This document shows positions 24,970-37,536 of a DNA stretch of 64,000 nt, piece by piece (the stretch's first letter is position 1; each line of letters begins with the position of its first letter). The notes under the pieces are model-generated. The model made no database searches, was not told the origin of the DNA, and was given only the letters and a program-made list of their open reading frames with translations. A program made the position numbers and the translations under genes. Source of the stretch: Eledone cirrhosa. Its lineage: Eukaryota. Location: assembly GCA_964016885.1 (NCBI GenBank), contig OZ024741.1, positions 66,464,001-66,528,000 on the forward strand, given 5' to 3'.

Positions 24970-27900
24970 ATGGCTGTGCTAAGAGTAGGGTGTCTAAATG
25001 CGCGTGGCCTGGGCTCGTCTTGGAAGCAAGCAATGCTTCTAAATGACCTCAGGTCACAATCTATAAATGTGATGGTTATCTGCGAGGCCCGGATCAGCAG
25101 CATGCGACAGCTAGCCCCCACCTTTGACGACTTTGAGATGCACGCATCTCTCTGTCAGCCCGGAGGTGGGGGTGGGGTTGTCGTTCTGCTGCAAAAACAT
25201 ATGGGCCTTGCAACACAGATAGTTCACTTGGACCCAGGGGGTCGACTGGTGGTGCTGGACCTTGGCAGTGGTGAAGGTAGAGCCCTTAGGCTGATAGCCG
25301 CATATGCCCCCTTTGGGACAGAGCGGCCCGACTTTTTCCAGCGTCTGGAGTCTTTTCTAGGGACGTCCCGTTCCCTGCTTTTAGTGGGGGATTGGAATGG
25401 TATCCTGGATGCACGTTGGGACTATGCAGGGGCATGTCCCGATAGAGAGGGGTGCAACAGCCTCAAGGGGTTACTCGGCCGATTTGACCTGGCCGATAGA
25501 TTTCGACTAGATTTTCCGACGGTGCCAACCTGGTCTTGGTCAAATCGCAGCGGATCATCTAGATCGTACCTAGACAGATTTTTAGTTAGAAATAAGGACA
25601 GGGACTTTTTAAGTTGTCCAGAAATGCTCATGGTTGGCTATTCAGACCACAAGTTGGTGACCTGCATGGTCAACCTTGATAGAACGCATAGACAGGGCCC
25701 CGGTTACTGGAAGCTCAACTTGTCCTTGCCGGCAAGTAGAGCCTACAGGAATCGGATTAGTACGTTAGTTAAGGAACGGTTGACTGGAGCGATCGTCAAC
25801 AGCAGGTGGTGGGTATCTCTAAAGAGAGAGATTAGGGTAGTCTCCATTGAATTTAGTAAGGTTCTAGCTGCGGATAGGAATAGGAAGGAAAGGGAGCTAA
25901 TAGATAGAGTAGAAGAGGCAATTAGAAGCGGCGACGTGGCCAGAGTGCTAGCGTCGAGAACGGCTTTGAGCCAGTTTTTCGACGCGAAGCACGAAGGCTG
26001 CGTTGTCCGAAGTAAAATACGTGCTCTAGGGAACGAGGGGGCCAAAGCTGTTAGCTGGGCCCGCGTGACAGAGGCCAACAGTGGAACTAAATCCACCATC
26101 CGGTCTTTGCGAGACCTGGATGGACGGGCGATTCTTGAGCCTAAGCAGATGTGTGAGGCCTTTCAAAGGCACTTTGCCCGACTGTTCGGGAGGGGCGGGG
26201 AGCCGGTTGGAAACGTGGACTTCGGTCCATACCTCGACGGCCTGCCGCGCCTCTCGGACAGGGAGGCGAAGTCTTGCGAGGAGCCGATTTCGGCCGCTGA
26301 GATAGAGGACGTGCTGGGCCAATGCGGCAAACGCAAATCCCCGGGTCTCGATGGTCTTCCTTACGAATTATATCTAGCTATGCCGGACTTGTTCCCCGAT
26401 CTCCTCGAGGCGGTCTACTGCAACTGGCAACAGAACGGGAGAATTCCCTGTACTGTGACCAAGGGCGTAGTCACGCTAGTGAGGAAGGACGAGAACAAGG
26501 GGGACGAAATAAGTAACTTCAGGCCCATAACTCTGCTAAATACAGAGTTACAGATTTTGGCCAAGGTGCTAGCAAAGAGGTTGGCGCTTGTCGTGGGCAA
26601 CCTGGTGGGAGATGCGCAGACATGCGCTATCCCGTCCAGGTCCATCCATGACAACCTCCACCTCATGCGATACATCATAGAGAGGGTTGGGAACGAACCC
26701 GGCTTTGGTGGGGCTCTGATCAACTTGGATCAATCTAAGGCGTTCGATAGGGTCGACCATGGTTACCTGGCTGCGGTGCTAGCGGCGGCAGGCTTCGGAC
26801 CCGTTTTCAGGGGCTGGATCACTGCTATGCACAGCAGCCGCATCTGCTCTAGGGTCAAGGTGAACGGCTACCTCTCGGAGCCGTTCAAAATCGCGCGGTC
26901 CATCCGACAAGGGTGCCCTCTCTCCTCCCTTCTGTATGTGTTGACTCTCGAGCCACTACTGCGGAAGTTGGAGTTGTTGCAGGGCATCCCTTTGGAACCG
27001 GGATTGCGGAAAGCGGTGTCAGCCTACGCCGATGATGTGACAGTAATGGTGTCGACGGCCTCCGAAATCGAGGCGGTCGGCACCTTACTGGAGGAGTACG
27101 AAAAGTTCACAGGGGCTAAGCTGAACCGGGACAAGTCGATCGGTTTGCAACTCGGCACGTGGAGGGGCAGACCGATGCCCTCCAATGGCGTCGTCGGACG
27201 CTGGACGGAGGGCCCGGTGAAGTTGCTCGGGGTCTGGTTCGGACCGGACCTCCAGGTGGAGAAAAACTGGGCGGAGGTTACGAACAGGGTGTTTGCACTG
27301 ACCCAGAAGTGGGCCAGTTGCAAACTATCCCTGAAAGGTCGGGCGGAGGTGGCGAACACTTATATAGCGTCCGTCATCTACTACCGCCTGACCGTAGTGC
27401 CCTGCCCAAGGGAAACCCTCACCAAGATGGAGCGCGCGCTCTTCCAATTCCTTTGGAAGGGGCGGGCTCCTATGGTGAGGAGATCCATCTGCTGTCAACA
27501 CCCTTCGAAAGGAGGGCTGGGGATGCCGTGGCTAATGATGCGTAAACACGCATTAAGGCTACGGCACCTCTACGTATTCCTCACCGGACAACCGGTGTGG
27601 GCCTCGTTTGTGAGACGAACCTTTCCCAGACTCGTCTCACTCACCGAGCTGCAATCCTGGGTCAAGCAAAGACCGAGAAAACTGGGCGCCTGGCACACTG
27701 AGTGTGCCCAGGCGCTCACCGCCCTCTGGCAGGCGGATCCGGTTATCAGTGGAGACTCCACCGCAACATTCTATAGAGGGCTGGTACGCAGCAGGTGCGA
27801 CGACGCCCTCGGAGAAGCCCTAGACATGGAGGAGGACGAACTGGCCGGCCTGTTCGGTAGGACATTCAGCCCGGGACCTATGGACAACTTCCAGAAGTCC

Positions 27901-28407
27901 CTGGCCTGGCAGTGCTACCGAGGGGCTTTACCCGTTCGAGAAAGGCTCTACAGACACGGGCGCCCGGGTAGGGACCCCGCCAAAAAGATCTGTCCCAGAT
28001 GCGTGTGCGACGAGGAAACCGTTGCACACGCATTGGTACACTGCTCGGGCGTAGCCGATCTGTGGTGCTATGTCGAACAACTGCTGTCAAGGGTGGGACC
28101 GATCCGGTTGACCACCGAGTCTATTGTAATGATCAAGCCGCCTCCCCCCTTCAAAGATGAAGCAGAGGCGGTGTTTCTGTGCGTAATAGCCATGGCGAAA
28201 GAGGTTGTATGGTGGACGCGTCTGAAAGGACTGAGGTCAGGCACCTTTCTCTCTGGCCAACAACTGGTCCGTTTCTTCCGATATCATTTCGGAAGAAGGA
28301 TCAGGATGGAGAGAGAGGTGCTGCACCCCAGTCGTTTTTATGAAAGGTGGGTGAAAGTGGCGAGAATGGCCCGTGTGAATGGGCCTTCTCTTTACATAAG
28401 CCTGTAG
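24970..28407 (+). CDS. Tx1 ORF2: AP endonuclease + reverse transcriptase + CCHC, intact
   Basis: APE motifs CLNARGL, ICE, YAP, VGDWN, YLDRFL, SDHK. RT motifs PGLDG, DQSKAFD, RQGCPLS, YADD. CPRC...HALVHC. First ATG at 24970. Confidence 0.95.
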   Translation: MAVLRVGCLNARGLGSSWKQAMLLNDLRSQSINVMVICEARISSMRQLAPTFDDFEMHASLCQPGGGGGVVVLLQKHMGLATQIVHLDPGGRLVVLDLGSGEGRALRLIAAYAPFGTERPDFFQRLESFLGTSRSLLLVGDWNGILDARWDYAGACPDREGCNSLKGLLGRFDLADRFRLDFPTVPTWSWSNRSGSSRSYLDRFLVRNKDRDFLSCPEMLMVGYSDHKLVTCMVNLDRTHRQGPGYWKLNLSLPASRAYRNRISTLVKERLTGAIVNSRWWVSLKREIRVVSIEFSKVLAADRNRKERELIDRVEEAIRSGDVARVLASRTALSQFFDAKHEGCVVRSKIRALGNEGAKAVSWARVTEANSGTKSTIRSLRDLDGRAILEPKQMCEAFQRHFARLFGRGGEPVGNVDFGPYLDGLPRLSDREAKSCEEPISAAEIEDVLGQCGKRKSPGLDGLPYELYLAMPDLFPDLLEAVYCNWQQNGRIPCTVTKGVVTLVRKDENKGDEISNFRPITLLNTELQILAKVLAKRLALVVGNLVGDAQTCAIPSRSIHDNLHLMRYIIERVGNEPGFGGALINLDQSKAFDRVDHGYLAAVLAAAGFGPVFRGWITAMHSSRICSRVKVNGYLSEPFKIARSIRQGCPLSSLLYVLTLEPLLRKLELLQGIPLEPGLRKAVSAYADDVTVMVSTASEIEAVGTLLEEYEKFTGAKLNRDKSIGLQLGTWRGRPMPSNGVVGRWTEGPVKLLGVWFGPDLQVEKNWAEVTNRVFALTQKWASCKLSLKGRAEVANTYIASVIYYRLTVVPCPRETLTKMERALFQFLWKGRAPMVRRSICCQHPSKGGLGMPWLMMRKHALRLRHLYVFLTGQPVWASFVRRTFPRLVSLTELQSWVKQRPRKLGAWHTECAQALTALWQADPVISGDSTATFYRGLVRSRCDDALGEALDMEEDELAGLFGRTFSPGPMDNFQKSLAWQCYRGALPVRERLYRHGRPGRDPAKKICPRCVCDEETVAHALVHCSGVADLWCYVEQLLSRVGPIRLTTESIVMIKPPPPFKDEAEAVFLCVIAMAKEVVWWTRLKGLRSGTFLSGQQLVRFFRYHFGRRIRMEREVLHPSRFYERWVKVARMARVNGPSLYISL

Positions 28408-28669
28408 GTGGAAAAGAGGAAGGAACGAGGGAGCACCCCCTCTCTGTGCTCCTGAGGAAAAGGGTTGCACACTTTTTTCGGGGGTGTGTGCGACCCCCCA
28501 AGGCGCCTCCTCTCTATTGAGGATTTTGTTAAAAATTTTATTTTTTGTTATATCTTATTTTATTTTTATATTTTGTTATTGCCTCCTCCTTATTGAGGAC
28601 GCCTTTTTGTGTAAACTCCCCCCTTTGTACTTGTCCCACTTTTGATGCCCTAGTGGCAAATAAAAGAAA

Positions 28670-28794
<125 letters not shown>

Positions 28795-29014
28795 TACGAT
28801 GGACACATGTGCTGAGCTCGCTCGGTAAGTTTTTGTTTAAATTCATACGGAAATTGTAAACTGTAAACTTTCATTTTTGTACCATTTTGTAGAGGGACTG
28901 CCAGGTCAAATTTTGATCTGGTCGGTCTCTCAAAATATTCTGCGCCTTTGGGCGAAATAGTATTGTGAACATTTTATCTTTCGAAAAACTTCGAAAAACC
29001 CTATTTTGAGAAAA

Positions 29015-29191
29015 ATGGCTGAAGCATCTTCACCATCAATCAAAGAAGGAAAGGGGAAGTCATACTCACAGCTTCCCCCTGCCACTGTCACAGCAGCAGA
29101 TGCCAAAGGCAGAGGTCAGAGAGAGGAAGAATTGTCTTCACCTGTTGACCGACCACTAGATGTAGCCACAACTACACAAGAATTTGAAAAC

Positions 29192-29222
<31 letters not shown>

Positions 29223-30922
29223 GCAACAATAAAGACAGCAAAAACAACAACAACACAAACGTCACAAGTATCCACACACGAAACGAGAAAGACAACAACA
29301 ACAACAAAGATGAAAACAACTCAAACGACGAGAAACAAAACAATACTAATATCCAAAACGAAAACAAAATATCTTTTGCACAAACGGCTAAATTATCAGT
29401 CGCTTATGTGCTGGAAGATATTTCAAAAGCAAAAGAAATGCTGGAAAAAGCCAAGAAATATGTGTCTTTTGGCGAAAACGGTTCGTTTTCTATACATTCA
29501 CCTCCAGAACTAAAAAGACAGACGGAATTACGAACTGTCGTATTCCGAACAATTTTAAATAAAACAAAAAAACCAGCGCAACCATCTCAAGCGGAAATTC
29601 AGTTAGTCTTGAAAGACGCGATGAGAGATATCACTTTTATACAAAAGGATAAACTCTATGGGAGTTTATCCATATTGATGAAAGACGAATTGGCGGCGAA
29701 AAAATACTCTGTGTCGCCAATTCGGTCCACACACTACACCTTCTTCCCCACCTACATGGGTAAAAAAAACCCAGAGGATATGGATAACCACCATCACCCC
29801 AAACATAAACTACTGGTGGTTACTAACCGGTTTCCTCAATTTAGACGAGGACAACCTCATTTCAATAGGGAAGGCATCCGGCGACGCGTTCAGTGGAACG
29901 AGCATCGAAGTTCTGACCCAAATAAGGCCAGAACGCATCGCCCAAATCCCTGAGCGCGTCATGCTGGATGACCGTACCCACCTCAACATTATTGTGGAGG
30001 GTAGGCGTCCCTCCTGTTACCTCTGTGGCAATAGAGGTCACCTGAGGGCTGCCTGTCCCCAGCTCACACAGAAAAAAACACTGCTACCAACACCAACACC
30101 ACCCCAACTACAACAACAAAAACAACCACAACAACAACAACAACAAAAACCAACAACCCCACCACCACCACCACCACAACAACAACAACAACAAAAACCA
30201 ACAACCCCACCACCACCACCACAACAACAACAACAACAACAAACACATGAAAAAATAACACAGAATACTGTCCCACCCAACCCCTCCTCACCCAAAACAA
30301 ATACAAAAACACACACACCGCAAACACTACCAGAAAACATACCCCTCCCACCCAACAAGGAAGACGAACCCCTTTCGTCGCAAGACGAAAAAGATCCCTT
30401 CCAACAAGTAAAAAGAAAGAAGAGGAGACGCACCACAGACACACATGTTAACTTTAACCCCCTCCCCAAGAGAACACAAACTATATACAAACCACCCCTC
30501 CCTGTCACACAACACTAACTGCTACACAAAAAAAGACCTTACAATATACATACATGAACACAGACAACAAAGAATTACGGAAAACAATTTCAGCAAACCC
30601 TTCGGTCCAAACTGAAGGGCCAAACTTTATAACTGCTGTGGGACTACCTCATTTAAAAATGATAAAAGTCCCAATGCACTTGTACAATACACTGAAAATA
30701 AATTTCACGGAGGACGTGGGCCCCCCCCTGCGCCAAACCAATCAACCGCGTCCTCCTAACCCCCCCCCCCCCCCCCACCCAGACACCCACTCAACCACAA
30801 ACACCCCAACCCCACAACACACCGATGCCCCTTCACTTCCACAAACCACCACCCCACCCAACAACCCATCCCCAACCAGCATGGAAATTGAGCGGCCCGT
30901 TTCCCGGGACGCAGAGAGGTAG
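29015..30922 (+). pseudogene. ORF1 of B copy 2, with frameshifts at homopolymer runs
   Basis: Split into 29006-29953, 29961-30518 and 30554-30922. The first break is A8 versus A7 at ~29762. Confidence 0.75.
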
Positions 30923-30945
30923 TGCCTTTTCTCCTTACCACCAAC

Positions 30946-33900
30946 ATGGCTGTGCTAAGAGTAGGGTGTCTAAATGCGCGTGGCCTGGGCTCGTCTTGGA
31001 AGCAAGCAATGCTTCTAAATGACCTCAGGTCACAATCTATAAATGTGATGGTTATCTGCGAGGCCCGGATCAGCAGCATGCGACAGCTAGCCCCCACCTT
31101 TGACGACTTTGAGATGCACGCATCTCTCTGTCAGCCCGGAGGTGGGGGTGGGGTTGTCGTTCTGCTGCAAAAACATATGGGCCTTGCAACACAGATAGTT
31201 CACTTGGACCCAGGGGATCGACTGGTGGTGCTGGACCTTGGCAGTGGTGAAGGTGGAGCCTTTAGGCTGGTAGCCGCATATGCCCCTTTTGGGACAGAGC
31301 GGCCCGACTTTTTCCAGCGTCTGGAGTCTTTTCTAGGGACGTCCTGTTCCCTGCTTTTAGTGGGGGATTGGAATGGTATCCTGGATGCACGTTGGGACTA
31401 TGCAGGGGCATGTCCCGATAGAGAGGGGTGCAACAGCCTCAAGGGGTTACTCGGCCGATTTGACCTGGCCGATAGATTTCGACTAGATTTTCCGACGGTG
31501 CCAACCTGGTCTTGGTCAAATCGCAGCGGATCATCTAGGTCGTACCTAGATAGATTTTTAGTTAGAAATAAGGACAGGGACTTTTTAAGTTGTCCAGAAA
31601 TGCTCATGGTTGGCTATTCAGACCACAAGTTGGTGACCTGCATGGTCAACCTTGATAGAACGCATAGACAGGGCCCCGGTTACTGGAAGCTCAACTTGTC
31701 CTTGCCGGCAAGTAGAGCCTACAGGGATCGGATTAGTACGTTAGTTAAGGAACGATTGACTGGAGCGATCGTCAACAGCAGGTGGTGGGTATCTCTAAAG
31801 AGAGAGATTAGAGTAGTCTCGATAGAATTTAGTAAGGTTCTAGCTGCGGATAGGAATAGGAAGGAAAGGGAGCTAATAGATAGAGTAGAAGAGGCAATTA
31901 GAAGCGGCGACGTGGCCAGAGTGCTAGCGTCGAGAACGGCTTTGAGCCAATTTTTCGACGCGAAGCACGAAGGCTGCGTTGTCCGAAGTAAAATACGTGC
32001 TCTAGGGAACGAGGGGACCAAAGCTGTTGGCTGGGCCCGCGTGACAGAGGCCAACAGTGGAACTAAATCCACTATCCGGTCTTTGCGAGACCTGGATGGA
32101 CGGGCGATTCTTGAGCCTAAGCAGATGTGTGAGGCCTTTCAACGGCACTTTGCCCGACTGTTCGGGAGGGGCGGGGGCCGGTTGGGAATGTGGACTTCGG
32201 TCCATACCTCGACGGCCTGCCGCGTCTCTCGGACAGGGAGGCGAAGTCCTGCGAGGAGCCGATTTCGGCCGCTGAGATAGAGGACGTGCTGGGCCAATGC
32301 GGCAAACGCAAATCCCCGGGTCTCGATGGTCTTCCTTACGAATTATATCTAGCTATGCCGGACTTGTTCCCCGATCTCCTCGAGGCGGTCTACTGCAACT
32401 GGCAACAGAACGGGAGAATTCCCTGTACTGTGACCAAGGGCGTAGTCACGCTAGTGAGGAAGGACGAGAACAAGGGGGACGAAATAAGTAACTTCAGGCC
32501 CATAACTCTGCTAAATACAGAGTTACAGATTTTGGCCAAGGTGCTAGCAAAGAGGTTGGCGCTTGTCGTGGGCAACCTGGTGGGAGATGCGCAGACATGC
32601 GCTATCCCGTCCAGGTCCATCCATGACAACCTCCACCTCATGCGATACATCATAGAGAGGGTTGGGAACGAACCCGGCTTTGGTGGGGCTCTGATCAACT
32701 TGGATCAATCTAAGGCGTTCGATAGGGTCGACCATGGTTACCTGGCTGCGGTGCTAGCGGCGGCAGGCTTCGGACCCGTTTTCAGGGGCTGGATCACTGC
32801 TATGCACAGCAGCCGCATCTGCTCTAGGGTCAAGGTGAACGGCTACCTCTCGGAGCCGTTCAAAATCGCGCGGTCCATCCGACAAGGGTGCCCTCTCTCC
32901 TCCCTTCTGTATGTGTTGACTCTCGAGCCACTACTGCGGAAGTTGGAGTTGTTGCAGGGCATCCCGTTGGAACCGGGATTGCGGAAAGCGGTGTCGGCCT
33001 ACGCCGATGACGTGACAGTAATGGTGTCGACGGCCTCCGAAATCGAGGCGGTCGGCACCTTACTGGAGGAGTACGAAAGGTTCACAGGGGCTAAGCTGAA
33101 CCGGGACAAGTCGATCGGTTTGCAACTCGGCACGTGGAGGGGCAGACCGATGCCCTCCGATGGCGTCGTCGGACGCTGGACGGAGGGCCCGGTGAAGTTG
33201 CTCGGGGTCTGGTTCGGACCGGACCTCCAGGTGGAGAAAAACTGGGCGGAGGTTACGAACAGGGTGTTTGCACTGACCCAGAAGTGGGCCAGTTGCAAAC
33301 TATCCCTGAAAGGTCGGGCGGAGGTGGCGAACACCTATATAGCGTCCGTCATCTACTACCGCCTGACCGTAGTGCCCTGCCCAAGGGAAACCCTCACCAA
33401 GATGGAGCGCGCGCTCTTCCAATTCCTTTGGAAGAGGCGGGCTCCTATGGTGAGGAGATCCATCTGCTGTCAACACCCTTCGAAAGGAGGGCTGGGGATG
33501 CCGTGGCTAATGATGCGTAAACACGCATTAAGGCTACGGCACCTCTACGTATTCCTCACCGGTCAACCGGTGTGGGCCTCGTTTGTGAGACGAACCTTTC
33601 CCAGACTCGTCTCACTCACCGAGCTGCAATCCTGGGTCAAGCAAAGACCGAGAAAACTGGGCGCCTGGCACACTGAGTGTGCCCAGGCGCTCACCGCCCT
33701 CTGGCAGGCGGATCCGGTTATCAGTGGAGACTCCACCGCAACATTCTATAGAGGGCTGGTACGCAGCAGGTGCGACGACGCCCTCGGAGAAGCCCTAGAC
33801 ATGGAGGAGGACGAACTGGCCAGCCTGTTCGGTAGGACATTCAGCCCAGGACCTATGGACAACTTCCAGAAGTCCCTGGCCTGGCAGTGCTACCGAGGGG

Positions 33901-34382
33901 CTCTACCCGTTCGAGAAAAGCTCTACAGACACGGGCGCCCGGGTAGGGACCCCGCCAAAAAGATCTGTCCCAGATGCGTGTGCGACGAGGAAACCGTTGC
34001 ACACGCATCGGTACACTGCTCGGGCGTAGCCGATCTGTGGGGCTATGTCGAACAACTGCTGTCAAGGGTGGGACCGATCCGGTTGACCACCGAGTCTATT
34101 GTAATAATCAAGCCGCCTCCCCCCTTCAAAGATGAAGGAGAGGCGGTGTTTCTGTGCGTAATAGCCATGGTGAAAGAAGTTGTATGGTGGACGCGTCTGA
34201 AAGGACTGAGGTCAGGCACCTTTCTCTCTGGCCAACAACTGGTCCGTTTCTTCCGATATCATTTCGGAAGAAGGATCAGGATGGAGAGAGAGGTGCTCCA
34301 CCCCAGTCGTTTTTATGAAAGGTGGGTGAAAGTGGCGAGAATGGCCCGTGTGAATGGGCCTTCTCTTTACATAAGCCTGTAG
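30946..34382 (+). pseudogene. ORF2 of B copy 2, with a 1-bp frameshift near 32175
   Basis: ggggagcc in copy 1 versus gggggcc here. The two ORFs (452 aa and 730 aa) join to full length. Confidence 0.8.
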
Positions 34383-34660
34383 GTGGAAAAGAGGAAGGAA
34401 CGAGGGAGCACCCCCTCTCTGTGCTCCTGAGGAAAAGGGTTGCACACTTTTTTCGGGGGTGTGTGCGACCCCCCAAGGCGCCTCCTCTCTATTGAGGATT
34501 TTGTTATAAATTTTATTTTTTGTTATATATTATTTTTATATATTGTTATTGCCTCCTTCTTATTGAGGACGCCTTTTTGTGTAAACTCCCCCCTTGTACT
34601 TGTCCCACTTTTGATGCCCTGGTGGCAAATAAAAGAAACATATCTATCTATAGTGCCTTT

Positions 34661-34704
34661 GTATTGTCCCCTTTTCTTGTGCGCCCTTGTGAGTAATAAA
34701 GAAA
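34661..34704 (+). mobile_element. ~45-bp extreme 5'-truncated Tx1 (A-like 3' end)
   Basis: gtattgtccccttttcttgtgcgcccttgtgagtaataaagaaa, flanked by tatctatagtgccttt (34645-34660 / 34707-34722). Confidence 0.8.
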
Positions 34705-34775
34705 TATATCTATAGTGCCTTTATATGTATGTATATACATAAAAAAAGGAGAGTAAGTGTGTGTGTGTGTGTGTC

Positions 34776-34812
<37 letters not shown>

Positions 34813-35204
34813 AGCTAAAGAAAGACATGGAGCGACAGGGAGGGAAAGAGGTGGGGAAATTTGGAGAGAGAGTGAGAGAGAGAGAGAGGGAGGAAACGTA
34901 AAGAAAAAGTTTGAAGGGGAGTGAAAAGGGAAGAGGGAGAGAGAGAAGTAGAGAGAGAAAAAGAGAGAGAGAGGAGGAGTGGAAGAGACTTGGTTGAAAG
35001 TACATATGTTGTTTGACAATATATATTCCTGTATATATGTTTCTTTTTAATTTTTTTTTTCTTTTAGAATTTTAATCTAAAGAGAAAAATATCCTGCGAC
35101 TTTTGTCTGAAAAATTAATCTTTGTATTATCGAAATTTAGGCAGTAACAGTGATATAGAGATATCCTGTCGAGTGTCAAATAACAGGAGGGCTGGAATAA
35201 GTGT

Positions 35205-35241
<37 letters not shown>

Positions 35242-36879
35242 ATAGAGGTGATCGGTAATTTTTCTAGAATGTCTCCGTTGATTTTCTTTATATACCAGAA
35301 TTAGTCGTTTAGTTAACACATTGAGACCCCCAACTCATCCTATTGATTTTATAACATATGGATTTCTTGTTATGTACTTTTTAAAATCATGTATAAGGTA
35401 TTTAATGCGTAAAAACATTAATTGCTAAAGGAATGGTACCACGGAAAATAACATTTCGCCGGAGGTATATTAGCAAAATTTAATAAGCGGGATTGTTGAG
35501 CGGGCGGGGTTAATTATTTGAGACCGGAGAGTATGTTAAACTTTAAAGCAGGTATTGTATGTAGTTAAGATTGCTTTGAAAAGCCGGTACAATGCGAATT
35601 GGAAATACGGTAATGAAACAATAGTGTTTACCTAATATTTCCTTATATTTCGGTGTTGGAACCTTTTTTTCAACAGAGAAAAAAGTGGTGTTGTTGCGAG
35701 CTGCCTCCTGCTGTAATGGTACAATTCGGTCGGTGGACATGCGCTAACAAATAGTGGAGGTCAGTGTCGGTGCATGGGTAACATACACTGGCCAGTGTAA
35801 TCACAGTAGCCAGTCCAGCTCCATATAATTCAAATTTGTTATTGTATACTATCTATTCACTGTCCTGTTAGTAGAATGAATTTACAGAATACGGGTTACA
35901 TGGTCTTTATCTTTGTTGAAAAAGCTCGACATTACAAAATTATTGTTTAATCACTTCGTTGTTGGTACTTAGAGACAAAACTTTTGGTCAAGAGATTTCT
36001 AGCCGTGATCATCTCATCATTCCACCTTTTATTTAGACAATGGCTCTAAAATCTTTCTGTAATGAGACAGGCCTCTCACTGCAGGGCCGGTTTATGTCGT
36101 TTTGAGGTCATAAACATTTAAAGGATTATGATTTCCCCCATATACAAAGTCTGCTAATAAAATATTTTGAATCACAAATACAATTAATTTGAATGGAATG
36201 TTGGTTCTCTTCCCTTTGTGCCCGAAGCATTTGCTTATTTTGCTTACTTGTTAATTCAGCCCTGTCTTAACGCCTCTGTACAGCTGCGCCAGAATACACA
36301 CAAGGGGTTTTGAAAGAGCGAGCACTATAGGGATCAAAATCGCAGCTCTTTCTCATAACTAATCAAATTTGTCAGTGAATGACTTTAAGGTGGTGAAGTC
36401 ACCCGAAAAAAACCCATGACGAGGAAACGCCATCAACCCACATCAGTAAGACATTCTTGAAAATTAGAAAACAGCAGTACGACTATAGCACATTAGACAT
36501 TCACAGCTTTACTTTAGTTTAATGCTGCAAGTTTGCAAGTTTTCCTAACGATCTGTCCATCAATAAAAATACCATACACATTTGAATTAACAAGTTTTCT
36601 TTTTAGATTTTTCTGCTAAATAATTACACGATGTTAAGAATTAAACCAGGTGATTGATTATGTCTACCACAAAAAAAGTAAAATGAATTCCAGTAAGGTC
36701 TTGCACAGTTTCCGCCAACACAATTTTATTCACAAGGCTTTGGTCGAATCGAGTGCACAGTGGAAGATATTTGCTCAATGTGCTTTACATTAGGATTAAA
36801 TCACATAGCCATATCTCGGTTGATCTTCAGTCGGTTCACACATTTCTTCTGAGATGTATATATGGACCAGTAACTCTCG

Positions 36880-37195
36880 ATAGAGCCGTAGGAGCACCGT
36901 AGTGACATACGGCATTTCTTGAGCATTTAAAACCTGGCGAATCCCATCTCCTCTCCAGTTCTGACCACAGTAAATTTCTTCCAAAGAAAGAGTGAGAGGG
37001 ATAGAGAGGAAAAGAGAAAGTAATACAGAGGAAGAATCAACCCCAATACTGGACTGGTAATTTTGTTTATTTACCTCGAAAAGATGAAAGACAAAGTTGA
37101 CCTCGGCGGGATTTGAACTCAGAGCCCATAGAGCTGGAATAAATATTGCACAGCATCCTATCCGATGCTCTAACGGATCTACTAATTCACCGCCT
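36880..37195 (-). mobile_element. Longer SINE variant sharing the S1 head and core (also ~51150-51388 and ~52520-52822)
   Basis: ggcgggatttgaactcag B-box region, gatgaaag.caaagttgacc core, and a shared distal segment ccgtagtgacatacgg. Confidence 0.65.
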
Positions 37196-37536
37196 CTCTT
37201 CTGAGATAGAGTGTTAATATCGTTATTTCCGTTGAAGCCTCTATTTGATGGCGGAATCTTGCAAATTCGTATCCCTGTTATTTTCTTTTCGCCATTGGGG
37301 TTTTAATCTTAACAGAACACCAGCTCGTTGACAATGTTGTAAAGATGTTGAATTAATAATAAAAATTTAATGTGATATTTTTTTCTTTTCGTCAAATTTT
37401 GCGCAACCTTTCACTCTATAAAGTACATTTTACTTGTATGTATGTATGTATGTATGTATGTATGTATGTATGTATGTATGTATGTATGTATGTATGTATG
37501 TATGTATGTATGTATGTATGTATGTATGTATGTATG

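Larger units (their letters stand above)
22874..28669 (+). mobile_element. Full-length Tx1 LINE family B, copy 1 (~5.8 kb)
   Basis: 5'UTR, ORF1, ORF2 and 3'UTR with AATAAA. Same 5' start (tacgatggacac) as copy 2, at a period of 5921 bp. Confidence 0.95.
28795..34638 (+). mobile_element. Full-length Tx1 LINE family B, copy 2
   Basis: Colinear with copy 1, with scattered substitutions and a different Q/P repeat length. Followed by catatctatctat. Confidence 0.95.
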
